This document shows positions 46,784-55,314 of a DNA stretch of 64,000 bases, one piece after another. The notes under the pieces are model-generated. The model was given only the letters and a program-made list of their open reading frames with translations, did no database searches and had not been told where the DNA came from. A program made the position numbers and the translations under genes. The stretch is taken from positions 41,991 to 105,990 of the forward strand of contig JAFWMS010000003.1 of assembly GCA_017545535.1 (NCBI GenBank), read 5' to 3'. Position 1 is the first letter of the stretch. Each line of letters starts with the position of its first letter. This DNA comes from Clostridia bacterium. GTDB lineage: Bacteria; Bacillota; Clostridia; Christensenellales; CAG-138.

Positions 46784-49459
46784 ATGAAAAGAAAGATCGC
46801 ACTGTTTCTGGCTCTCTTCATGCTGCTCTCCGTCAGCATGATCGCCCTGCCCGCCTTCGCCGAGGAGGGTGAGGAGCCCTCTGAGGCCGACAAGGAAGCC
46901 GCCGCCCAGGTGGCCGCCCTCATCGACGCCATCTACGTCCAGGAGCGGACCGAGACCACCGACGCGGACTGCGCCGCCGCCAAGGCCGCCTGGGACGCTC
47001 TCACCGACGCCCAGAAGGAGTTGGTGGAAGGCGAGGAAGCCGACCCCGATTACTTCGGCCGTGACACCGGCGACGCCTCCAAGGACGATCCCCGGAACGC
47101 CGACGAGATCGGCGAAAATGAGCTCCTGGTGGTGAGCTTCGGCACCTCCTTCAACGACAGCCGGGCCGAGGATATCGGCGGCATCGAGAAGGCTCTCGAA
47201 GCGGCGTTCCCTGAGTGGGCCGTCCGCCGGGCCTTCACCGCCCAGATCATCATCAACCACGTCCAGGCCAGGGATGGAGAGTTCATCGACAACATGGACC
47301 AGGCCCTGGAGCGGGCCGTGAAGAACGGTGTCAAGAACCTGATCATCCAGCCCACCCACCTCATGCACGGCGCCGAATACGACGAGCTGGTGGAAGCGGT
47401 CGCCAAGTATGCCGACAAGTTCGCCACCGTCGCCGTGGCCGAGCCCCTGCTGGGCAAGGTGGGCGCTGACGCCGCCGCCGTGAACAACGACAAGCTGACT
47501 GTGGCTGAAGCCGTGGTGAACGAAGCCGTGAAGGAGGCCGGGTTCTCCAGCCTTCATGCCGCCGAGAAGGACGGTACCGCCTTCGTGTTCATGGGCCACG
47601 GCACCGCCCACGCCGCCAAGGTCACCTATTCCCAGATGCAGACCATGATGAAGGAACTGGGCTATAAGAACGTGTTCATCGGCACCGTGGAAGGCGAGCC
47701 TGAGGAAACTGCCTGTGAGGAAGTCATCAAGGCCGTCAGCGAAGCGGGCTACACCAAGGTCATCCTGCGGCCGTTGATGGTCGTCGCCGGCGACCATGCC
47801 AACAACGATATGGCCGATCCTGAGGACGAGGAGTCCTGGTTCAGCATGTTCACCGCTTCCGGCCTCTTCGCCGACATCCAGTGTCAGATCGCCGGCCTTG
47901 GCCGGATCGAAGCCGTCCAGAAGCTCTATGTGAACCATACTCAGGCCGCCATCTATGCCATGGCTCCCGCCAATGAGACCGACGCGGAGGCTGCCGCTCG
48001 GGTGGCCGCCCTCATCGACGCCATCTACGTCCAGGAGCGGACCGAGGCCACCGACGCTCAGTGCGCCGCCGCCAAGGCCGCCTGGGACGCCCTGACCGAC
48101 GAACAGAAGGAGTTGGTGGAGGGCGAGGAAGCCGACCCCGATTACTTCGGCCGCGACACCGGCGACGCCTCCAAGGACGATCCTAGGAACAAGAACGGCA
48201 TCGGCGAAAACGAGCTGTTGGTGGTGAGCTTCGGCACCTCCTTCAACGACAGCCGGGCCGAGGATATCGGCGGCATCGAGAAGGCCCTGGTGGAAGCGTT
48301 CCCCGGCTGGGCCGTCCGCCGCGCTTTCACCGCTCAGATCATCATCAACCATGTCCAGGCTCGAGAGGGTGAGTTCATCGACAATATGGACCAGGCCCTG
48401 GAGCGCGCTGTAGCGAACGGCGTGAAGAACCTGCTCGTCCAGCCCACCCACCTCATGCACGGCGCCGAATACGACGAGTTGGTGGAAGCCCTCAACAAGT
48501 ACGCCGACAAGATGAATATCGTGGTGGCCGAGCCTCTGCTAGGCGAGGTCGGCGCGGATGCCACCGTGATCAACGCCGACAAGGAAGCCGTGGCCAAGGC
48601 CGTGGTGGACGCTGCCGTGAAGGCCGCCGGCGCAGAGTCCCTGGAAGCGCTTGAAAAGGACGGCGTGGCCCTGGTGTTCATGGGCCACGGCACCGCTCAC
48701 GTGGCGAAGGTCACCTATTCCCAGATGCAGACCCAGATGAAGGAACTGGGCTATAAGAACGTGTTCATCGGCACCGTGGAGGGCGAGCCCGAGGAGACTG
48801 CCTGCGAGGAAGTCATCAAGGCCGTCAACGAAGCGGGCTACACCAAGGTCATCCTGCGGCCGTTGATGGTCGTCGCCGGCGACCATGCCAACAACGACAT
48901 GGCCGATCCCGAGGACGAGGAGTCCTGGCTCAGCATGTTCACCGCCTCCGGCCTTTTCGCCGACGTCCAGTGCCAGATCGCTGGCCTTGGCCGGATTCCC
49001 GAGGTCCAGGCGCTCTATGTGGCCCACAGCCAGGCCGCCATCGATGAAAAGGGCCTGAAGGTGGAGGCAGCTGCCGCCCCCGCCGCTGTCCTGGCGGACG
49101 GTGTCTACAAAGTCACCTTTAAAACTGACAGCGGCATGTTCCATGTGAACGAGGCCCTTAAGAACCAGGGCACCCTCACTGTGGAGAACGGTAAGATGAC
49201 CATCCATATCAGCCTGGCCTCCAAAAGCATCGTGAACCTGTTCCCCGGTCTCGCCGAGGACGCCAAGAAGGAGGGCGCGGAGCTGCTGCAGCCCACCACC
49301 GACACGGTGAAGTATGACGACGGCACCACCGAGGAAGTCTACGGCTTCGACGTGCCCGTTCCTGTCATCGGCGAGGAGTTCGATCTGGCTCTGGTGGGCA
49401 AGAAGGGAACCTGGTACGACCACAAGGTCATTGTCACCGATCCCGTGCCTGAGGCGTAA
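46784..49459 (+). CDS. Secreted protein: two tandem CbiK-like (class II chelatase fold) modules plus a C-terminal NEAT-like domain
   Basis: Starts at MKRKIALFLALFMLLSVSMIALPAFA (signal peptide; GAGGAGG RBS). Each module has QPTHLMHGAEYDEL and FMGHGTAH. The tail is DGVYKVTFKTDSGMFHVNE...TLTVENGKMTIHISL. Confidence 0.88.
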   Translation: MKRKIALFLALFMLLSVSMIALPAFAEEGEEPSEADKEAAAQVAALIDAIYVQERTETTDADCAAAKAAWDALTDAQKELVEGEEADPDYFGRDTGDASKDDPRNADEIGENELLVVSFGTSFNDSRAEDIGGIEKALEAAFPEWAVRRAFTAQIIINHVQARDGEFIDNMDQALERAVKNGVKNLIIQPTHLMHGAEYDELVEAVAKYADKFATVAVAEPLLGKVGADAAAVNNDKLTVAEAVVNEAVKEAGFSSLHAAEKDGTAFVFMGHGTAHAAKVTYSQMQTMMKELGYKNVFIGTVEGEPEETACEEVIKAVSEAGYTKVILRPLMVVAGDHANNDMADPEDEESWFSMFTASGLFADIQCQIAGLGRIEAVQKLYVNHTQAAIYAMAPANETDAEAAARVAALIDAIYVQERTEATDAQCAAAKAAWDALTDEQKELVEGEEADPDYFGRDTGDASKDDPRNKNGIGENELLVVSFGTSFNDSRAEDIGGIEKALVEAFPGWAVRRAFTAQIIINHVQAREGEFIDNMDQALERAVANGVKNLLVQPTHLMHGAEYDELVEALNKYADKMNIVVAEPLLGEVGADATVINADKEAVAKAVVDAAVKAAGAESLEALEKDGVALVFMGHGTAHVAKVTYSQMQTQMKELGYKNVFIGTVEGEPEETACEEVIKAVNEAGYTKVILRPLMVVAGDHANNDMADPEDEESWLSMFTASGLFADVQCQIAGLGRIPEVQALYVAHSQAAIDEKGLKVEAAAAPAAVLADGVYKVTFKTDSGMFHVNEALKNQGTLTVENGKMTIHISLASKSIVNLFPGLAEDAKKEGAELLQPTTDTVKYDDGTTEEVYGFDVPVPVIGEEFDLALVGKKGTWYDHKVIVTDPVPEA
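46896..49040 (+). repeat. In-frame tandem duplication (period 1092 bp) inside the CDS
   Basis: GTGGCCGCCCTCATCGACGCCATCTACGTCCAGGAGCGGACCGAG occurs at 46910 and 48002. High identity continues for about 1.05 kb. Confidence 0.9.
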
Positions 49460-49488
49460 GCTAAGGCACGGAGTATTCTCTATCCCAA

Positions 49489-49518
49489 GCGGCGCGGCGG
49501 CTTCGGCTGCCGTGCCGC
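49489..49518 (+). other. 13-bp GC hairpin with TTCG loop between cistrons
   Basis: GCGGCGCGGCGGC-TTCG-GCTGCCGTGCCGC (two G-T pairs). No T-run follows. Confidence 0.6.
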
Positions 49519-49567
49519 ATAGCTGTATATATAATAGACAAGTTTTCGGACGGAAAGGACGCTCTAT

Positions 49568-49975
49568 ATGAGGAAAAAGACGCTTTGTTTGGCTCTCGCG
49601 ATCCTGTTGCTGGTGCTTGGTCTGGGCTGTGGGAAGAAAGCTAAGGCCCTGGCGGACGGGACCTATACCGTGACCGTCATCCTCACCGGCGGCACGGGCC
49701 GGGCGTCCATCGCTTCCCCGGTGCAGCTCACGGTGCAGGCCGGCAAGATCAGCGCGACCCTCGTCTGGAGCAGCCCCAACTACGACTACATGAAGGTGAA
49801 CGGCGTCCGCTATGACGCCGTGATCGAGGACGGCCACTCCGTGTTCACCGTGCCCGTAGCTTCCCTGGAGGAACCCCTCCCTGTGGTGGCGGACACGGTG
49901 GCCATGAGCACGCCCCACGAGATCGAGTATACGATCACTTTCGATCCCGCCACTCTGGCGGCGGAAACCAAATGA
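49568..49975 (+). CDS. Lipoprotein with NEAT-like domain
   Basis: Lipobox LVLGLGCG. LADGTYTVTV...LTVQAGKISATLVW parallels the C-terminal domain of the upstream protein. Confidence 0.8.
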   Translation: MRKKTLCLALAILLLVLGLGCGKKAKALADGTYTVTVILTGGTGRASIASPVQLTVQAGKISATLVWSSPNYDYMKVNGVRYDAVIEDGHSVFTVPVASLEEPLPVVADTVAMSTPHEIEYTITFDPATLAAETK

Positions 49976-51138
49976 AGCCGATGATGAAAAAGCTTCTCTG
50001 TCTGTTGCTGTTCATGTCCCTGGCCTTGGGGATTCTTTTGGGCTGCGCAGGGAAGAGGCCGATTGCCAGGGAAGCTACAGGTCCGGACTGGAGCTCTCTG
50101 ACCGTACGGCGGCAGGTGCCCCTTCAAAGCGCCACCCAGTTTTCCCTGACGGAATACGATCAGGGCTACACTCTGCTGGACATTCCCACCAGCGGCCGGT
50201 TTTTGCTGGTGCCGGAGGGAGTGAGCGTGCCCAAGGGACTGGATGAGGACATCGTCCCTCTGCTCGCGCCCCTTGATCGGATGTATCTGGCCGCTACCTC
50301 CGCCATGGACTTCTTTCGGGCCCTGAACTGCGTCGGCGATATCCGTCTGTCCGGCACGGACAAAAGCGGCTGGTACATCGAGGAAGCCAAGGAAGCTCTC
50401 GAGAACGGTAGCATGGTCTTCGCGGGCAAATACAGCGCCCCGGACTACGAGCTGATCTTTGCGGAAAAGTGCGATTTGGCCATCGAGTCCACCATGATCT
50501 ATCACAGCCCCGAGGTGAAGGAACAGCTGGAGAAGCTGGGCGTCCCCGTGCTGGTGGAACGGTCCAGCTACGAGCAGGACCCCCTGGGCCGTATGGAATG
50601 GGTGAAGGTCTACGGGGCCCTGGTGGGGAAGCTTTCGGAGGCGGAAGCCCTGTTCGATCAGGAGGTTTCGGCGGTGGCGCCCTTGCTGGACCAGCCCAGG
50701 ACGGATAAGACCGTGGCCTTCTTTTACATCACCACCACCGGCACTGTGAACGTGCGCAAGAGCGACGACTACGTGCCGCGGATGATCGCCCTGGCCGGGG
50801 GGACCTACGCCTTCCCGGACCTCAGCAGCGGCAGCGCCCTGTCCACCGTGAACATGACCATGGAATCCTTCTACGACGGGGCCAGAGACGCGGATCTGCT
50901 CATCTACAACAGCACCATCGACGGGGAGCTGTTCACGTTGGACGAACTGCTGCAGAAGAGCGCCTTTTTGAAGGACTTCAAGGCCGTTCAAAATGGGAAC
51001 GTGTGGTGTACGGGCAAGAACCTGTTCCAGGAACCCATGGGCCTGGGCAAGCTCATCTTGGACATGCACCGGGTGCTGACGGAGGATGCGCCCGGGGAGC
51101 TCACGTATCTGCATAAACTCACGGGAGGCGCGAACTGA
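49972..51138 (+). CDS. ABC substrate-binding lipoprotein (BtuF/siderophore type, TroA-like)
   Basis: Lipobox LLGCAG. 388 aa with the cluster-A SBP pattern. ATGA coupling to the upstream gene. Confidence 0.85.
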   Translation: MKPMMKKLLCLLLFMSLALGILLGCAGKRPIAREATGPDWSSLTVRRQVPLQSATQFSLTEYDQGYTLLDIPTSGRFLLVPEGVSVPKGLDEDIVPLLAPLDRMYLAATSAMDFFRALNCVGDIRLSGTDKSGWYIEEAKEALENGSMVFAGKYSAPDYELIFAEKCDLAIESTMIYHSPEVKEQLEKLGVPVLVERSSYEQDPLGRMEWVKVYGALVGKLSEAEALFDQEVSAVAPLLDQPRTDKTVAFFYITTTGTVNVRKSDDYVPRMIALAGGTYAFPDLSSGSALSTVNMTMESFYDGARDADLLIYNSTIDGELFTLDELLQKSAFLKDFKAVQNGNVWCTGKNLFQEPMGLGKLILDMHRVLTEDAPGELTYLHKLTGGAN

Positions 51139-52145
51139 TGGAGAAACGGACCCGCCTCTGGATCGGTTTCGGAGGGCTTTTGGTGGCCCTGCTGCTGCTG
51201 ATCGTCTGGAACGTCAACGCCGGGAGCGTCCACGTGACCCCGGGGGAGATCCTGTCCATCCTGTGGGGCAAGGGGGGCGATGGGGCCGTCATCGTCCGCG
51301 GCATCCGCCTGCCCCGCATCTTTGCCGCCGCGCTGCTGGGCGGGGCCTTGGCCCTGTCCGGCTTTTTGCTGCAGACCTTTTTTGCCAACCCCATCGCGGG
51401 GCCCTTCATCCTGGGCATCTCCTCGGGGGCGAAGCTGATCCTTTCGCTGACCCTCATCGTCTTCCTCTCCCGGGGGGTGGCGGTGGGGTCCCTGGCCCTC
51501 ATCGTGGCCTCCTTCTGCGGAGCCATGCTGTCCATGGGCTTCGTGCTGCTCATCTCCTCGAAGGTGAAGCGCATGTCGCTCCTCATCATCTCCGGCGTCA
51601 TGATCGGCTATATCTGTTCCGCCGTCACGGACTTCGTCATCACCTTTGCCGACGACGCCAACATCATCAACCTGCACCACTGGTCATTGGGCAGCTTTTC
51701 CGGCATCACCTGGGGCAACGTAGGCGTCATGGCCGCGGTGATCCTGCCGGCCCTCGTCCTCGCCTTTCTGCTCAGCAAGCCCATCGGCGCCTATCAGCTG
51801 GGGGAGGTCTACGCCCAGAACATGGGCGTAAACATCCGGCTGTTCAGGGCGGTGCTGATCCTTTTATCCAGCGTCCTGTCCGCCGCGGTCACGGCCTTTG
51901 CCGGGCCCATCTCCTTCGTGGGTGTGGCGGTGCCCCACATCGTCCGCACCGTTTTCAAGACCGCCAAGCCCCTCATCATGATCCCCGCCTGCTTTTTGGG
52001 CGGAGCGGTGTTCTGCCTCCTTTGTGACCTCATCGCCCGGACGGCCTTCGCGCCCACGGAGCTGTCCATCAGCTCCGTCACCGCCCTGTTCGGCGCGCCG
52101 GTGGTGATCCTGGTCATGCTCAGGCGGCAGAAGGAAAACCTGTAA
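51138..52145 (+). CDS. FecCD/BtuC-family ABC permease
   Basis: 335 aa with about 9-10 TM segments and FecCD motifs (RLPRIFAAALLGGALALSG). Confidence 0.9.
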   Translation: MEKRTRLWIGFGGLLVALLLLIVWNVNAGSVHVTPGEILSILWGKGGDGAVIVRGIRLPRIFAAALLGGALALSGFLLQTFFANPIAGPFILGISSGAKLILSLTLIVFLSRGVAVGSLALIVASFCGAMLSMGFVLLISSKVKRMSLLIISGVMIGYICSAVTDFVITFADDANIINLHHWSLGSFSGITWGNVGVMAAVILPALVLAFLLSKPIGAYQLGEVYAQNMGVNIRLFRAVLILLSSVLSAAVTAFAGPISFVGVAVPHIVRTVFKTAKPLIMIPACFLGGAVFCLLCDLIARTAFAPTELSISSVTALFGAPVVILVMLRRQKENL

Positions 52146-52154
52146 GGAGGGCCC

Positions 52155-53291
52155 ATGGATACCTGGTACTTGCACACCGAGCATATGGACGTGGGCTACG
52201 ACGGGGTGCCCCTCCTTCGCGACATCGAGATCGGCGTCCGCCGGGGGGAGATATTGACTCTCATCGGCCCCAACGGCTCCGGCAAATCCACCATTCTAAA
52301 GAGCATGATCCGGCAGCTCAGGCTCCTTGCCGGCGTGGTGGTCCTGGATGGACAAACCATGGCCGCCATGAAGGAGGGAGAGATCGCCAAGAAGATGGCC
52401 ATCCTCATGACCGAGCGGCTCCGGGCGGAGCTCATGACCGGCGAGGACGTGGTCTCCACGGGCCGCTATCCCTACACGGGCCGGCTGGGCATCCTCACCA
52501 AGGCCGACCGGGAGAAGGTGCTAGAGGCCATCGCCCTGGTCCACGGGGAAGAGTTCGCAAACCGGCCCTTCGCGCAGCTCAGCGACGGCCAGCGGCAGCG
52601 GCTGCTCCTTGCCAGGGCTGTCTGCCAGGAGCCGGAGGTCATCGTCCTGGACGAGCCCACCTCCTTTTTGGACGTGAAGCACAAGCTGGAGCTGCTGGAG
52701 ATCTTGAAGCGACTGGTCCGGGAGCGGAACGTGGCGGTGGTCATGTCCCTCCACGAGCTGGACCTGGCCCAAAAGATATCCGACCGAGTGGTCTCTGTGA
52801 CCAAGGACGGCGTGGACCGGTGCGATACCCCGGAAAACATCTTTCAAAGCGCCTATATCGAAGCCCTCTACGGCATGGAGAGCGGCAGCTACAACGCCCT
52901 TTTCGGGTCTTTGGAGATGGCGCGGGTATGGGGGGAGCCTCGGGTCTTCGTCATCGGCGGGGGCGGCAGCGGCATCCCCGTCTACCGGGCGCTGCAGCGG
53001 AGGGGCGTTCCCTTTGCCGCGGGCGTCCTGGTTGAGAACGATGTGGACTATTGGGTGGCCCGGGCCCTGGCCGTGGAGACGGTGTCCGTGCCCGCCTTTG
53101 CATCCATCGATGAAGGAGCTGTGGCGAAGGCGCGCGCACTGATCTTAACGTGTGACCACGTTGTCTGCTGCCTGGATACGTTTGGCGAGCTGAACCAGGG
53201 CAACCGCCCATTGCAGGACGAAGCCCAAAGGCAGGGCAAGCTGCTGCCTTTGGAACGTCTTTCGGAGCTGTGGACGGGAGGGGACCGCTGA
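52155..53291 (+). CDS. ABC ATPase (BtuD/FecE-like) with extra ~125-aa C-terminal domain
   Basis: Walker A GPNGSGKST, signature LSDGQRQR, Walker B VIVLDEP. It is followed by a Rossmann-like tail (VFVIGGGGSGIPVY...). Confidence 0.9.
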   Translation: MDTWYLHTEHMDVGYDGVPLLRDIEIGVRRGEILTLIGPNGSGKSTILKSMIRQLRLLAGVVVLDGQTMAAMKEGEIAKKMAILMTERLRAELMTGEDVVSTGRYPYTGRLGILTKADREKVLEAIALVHGEEFANRPFAQLSDGQRQRLLLARAVCQEPEVIVLDEPTSFLDVKHKLELLEILKRLVRERNVAVVMSLHELDLAQKISDRVVSVTKDGVDRCDTPENIFQSAYIEALYGMESGSYNALFGSLEMARVWGEPRVFVIGGGGSGIPVYRALQRRGVPFAAGVLVENDVDYWVARALAVETVSVPAFASIDEGAVAKARALILTCDHVVCCLDTFGELNQGNRPLQDEAQRQGKLLPLERLSELWTGGDR

Positions 53292-54265
53292 TGGGCCTAT
53301 ATGCACTCACCGCTGTATCCGTCTTCGGGGGCTTCCTGCTGGATTGCCTCCTGGGGGACCCCTTAAGCCGGGCTCATCCTGTGGTGCTCATGGGCAAGCT
53401 CATCTCCTTTCTGGAGAAGTCTCTCCGCCCCCGGTTCCCGAAGACGCCCCGGGGGGAGCGGACCGCCGGGACCGTCCTGGCGATCCTTGTTCCGCTTATC
53501 AGCGCGAGCATAGGTTTTTTGCTGCTGTACCTTGCCTGGCGGGTCCATCCCTGGGTCTATTTCGTCCTCAGCGCCTTTTTCTGCTGGCAGTGCTTCGCCG
53601 CCCGGTGCTTGATGACGGAATCGAAGAAGGTCGTTTCCTGCCTGGAAAAGGAGGGCCTGGAGGCCGGCCGCCGTCAGGTCGCCATGCTGGTGGGCCGGGA
53701 CACCGGGCGCCTGAGCGAGGAACAGGTGATCAAGGCCGCGGTGGAGACCGTGGCGGAGAACACCTCCGACGGGGTGGTGGCGCCCCTCTGTTGGATGATC
53801 CTCTTCGGTGCGGTGGGGGGCCTCTTTTACAAGGCTGTGAACACCATGGATTCCATGGTAGGCTATAAGAACGATAGGTATCTCTATTTCGGCCGGACCG
53901 CCGCCAAGCTGGATGACGGGGTGAACTATGTGCCCGCCCGGCTGTCGGCCCTCGCTATGGTGAGCGCGGCCTACCTTTTGAAGCTGGACGGGCCGAATGC
54001 TTGGCGCATCTGGCGGCGGGATAGGCGCAACCACGCGAGCCCCAACTCCGCCCAGACCGAGTCCGTCTGTGCCGGGGCCCTGGGGGTGCAGTTGGGGGGC
54101 AGCGCCAGCTACTTCGGCAAGCTCTTTGCTAAGCCCACCATCGGCGACCCGATCCGGCCCATCGAACGGGCGGATGTGGACCGGGCCTGCCGGCTGATGT
54201 ACGGGACCAGCGGCTTAGTGTTGGTTCTATACAGTGTGATCCTGTTGTTGGGAGGGATGCTATGA
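53291..54265 (+). CDS. cbiB: Adenosylcobinamide-phosphate synthase
   Basis: Starts at MGLYALTAV (TGATG overlap). Motifs DCLLGDP..HPV and NTSDGVVAPL. Confidence 0.9.
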   Translation: MGLYALTAVSVFGGFLLDCLLGDPLSRAHPVVLMGKLISFLEKSLRPRFPKTPRGERTAGTVLAILVPLISASIGFLLLYLAWRVHPWVYFVLSAFFCWQCFAARCLMTESKKVVSCLEKEGLEAGRRQVAMLVGRDTGRLSEEQVIKAAVETVAENTSDGVVAPLCWMILFGAVGGLFYKAVNTMDSMVGYKNDRYLYFGRTAAKLDDGVNYVPARLSALAMVSAAYLLKLDGPNAWRIWRRDRRNHASPNSAQTESVCAGALGVQLGGSASYFGKLFAKPTIGDPIRPIERADVDRACRLMYGTSGLVLVLYSVILLLGGML

Positions 54266-55314
54266 TCCTGGATCGAGGGTATATCCACGGGGGGGACGTC
54301 TATTCCCAGCCCGTCCGGCTGGATTTTTCCGCCAACGTGAACCCTTACGGCGCTCCGGAAGCGGTGAAAGCGGCGGTTCGGGAAGCCGCGTCGAAGTTGT
54401 CCGATTATCCAGACCCCTACTGCGGCCCCCTGCGGGAGAAGCTGGCGGTCCTGAACGGCGTGGATCGGGGAAACGTGATCTGCGGCAACGGGGCGGCGGA
54501 GCTCATCTATCAGTTTGCGGCGGCCCTGAGGCCGAAAAAAGCCCTGATTCCCGTGCCCTCCTTTGCGGACTATGAGGGGGCCCTGGTCGCGGCGGGCTCA
54601 GAACCGATTTTCTACCCCCTGCGGCGGGAGAACGGCTTCTTGCTGACCGAGGAGATCCTGGACCGTATCGGTCCCGATACGGACCTGCTGATGCTCTGCT
54701 CCCCCAACAACCCCACGGGCCGGTCCGTGCCCCGGGCGCTGCTGCTCGCTATCCTGGACCGGTGCCGCAAGACGGGGACCTGGCTTTTTTTGGACGAATG
54801 TTTTTTTGATTTGACCGACGAGGACGAGGCCTTTTCCTTGGCGAACCGCCTGCGGGAGGGGGATAAGGCCTTTCTCCTCAGGGCCTTCACCAAGGCCTAC
54901 GGCATGGCGGGACTGCGCTTGGGCTACGGTCTGTGCAAGGATCGGGACCTGCTGGAAAGGATGTGCCGCCTATCCCAGCCCTGGAACGTGTCCACCCCCG
55001 CTCAGGCGGCGGGAGTGGCGGCCCTGGATCACCCCGAGTGGCCCAAGCGGGCGCGAGAGCTGTTTCAGGGGGAAAAACCCTGGCTGTATGAGCGGTTGAC
55101 GGCCCTGGGATTTGGCGTGCTGCCGGGAGACGCCAACTTTCTGTTCATCACAGGCGTGCCCGGGTTATATGAAAAGCTGCGGGCTCGGGGCGTGCTCATC
55201 CGAGACTGCTCCAACTATCGGGGCTTGCTGCCCGGCGACTGCCGGATCGCCGTCCGTACCCGACGGGAGAACGAGGAACTGCTGAAGACCATGGAGGAAG
55301 CGCTGCGTGTTTGA
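54262..55314 (+). CDS. cobD: L-threonine-O-3-phosphate decarboxylase (class I/II aminotransferase fold)
   Basis: 350 aa, HGGD...DFSANVNP...NPNNPTG...FTKAYGMAGLRLGY, in cbi context. Confidence 0.85.
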   Translation: MILDRGYIHGGDVYSQPVRLDFSANVNPYGAPEAVKAAVREAASKLSDYPDPYCGPLREKLAVLNGVDRGNVICGNGAAELIYQFAAALRPKKALIPVPSFADYEGALVAAGSEPIFYPLRRENGFLLTEEILDRIGPDTDLLMLCSPNNPTGRSVPRALLLAILDRCRKTGTWLFLDECFFDLTDEDEAFSLANRLREGDKAFLLRAFTKAYGMAGLRLGYGLCKDRDLLERMCRLSQPWNVSTPAQAAGVAALDHPEWPKRARELFQGEKPWLYERLTALGFGVLPGDANFLFITGVPGLYEKLRARGVLIRDCSNYRGLLPGDCRIAVRTRRENEELLKTMEEALRV

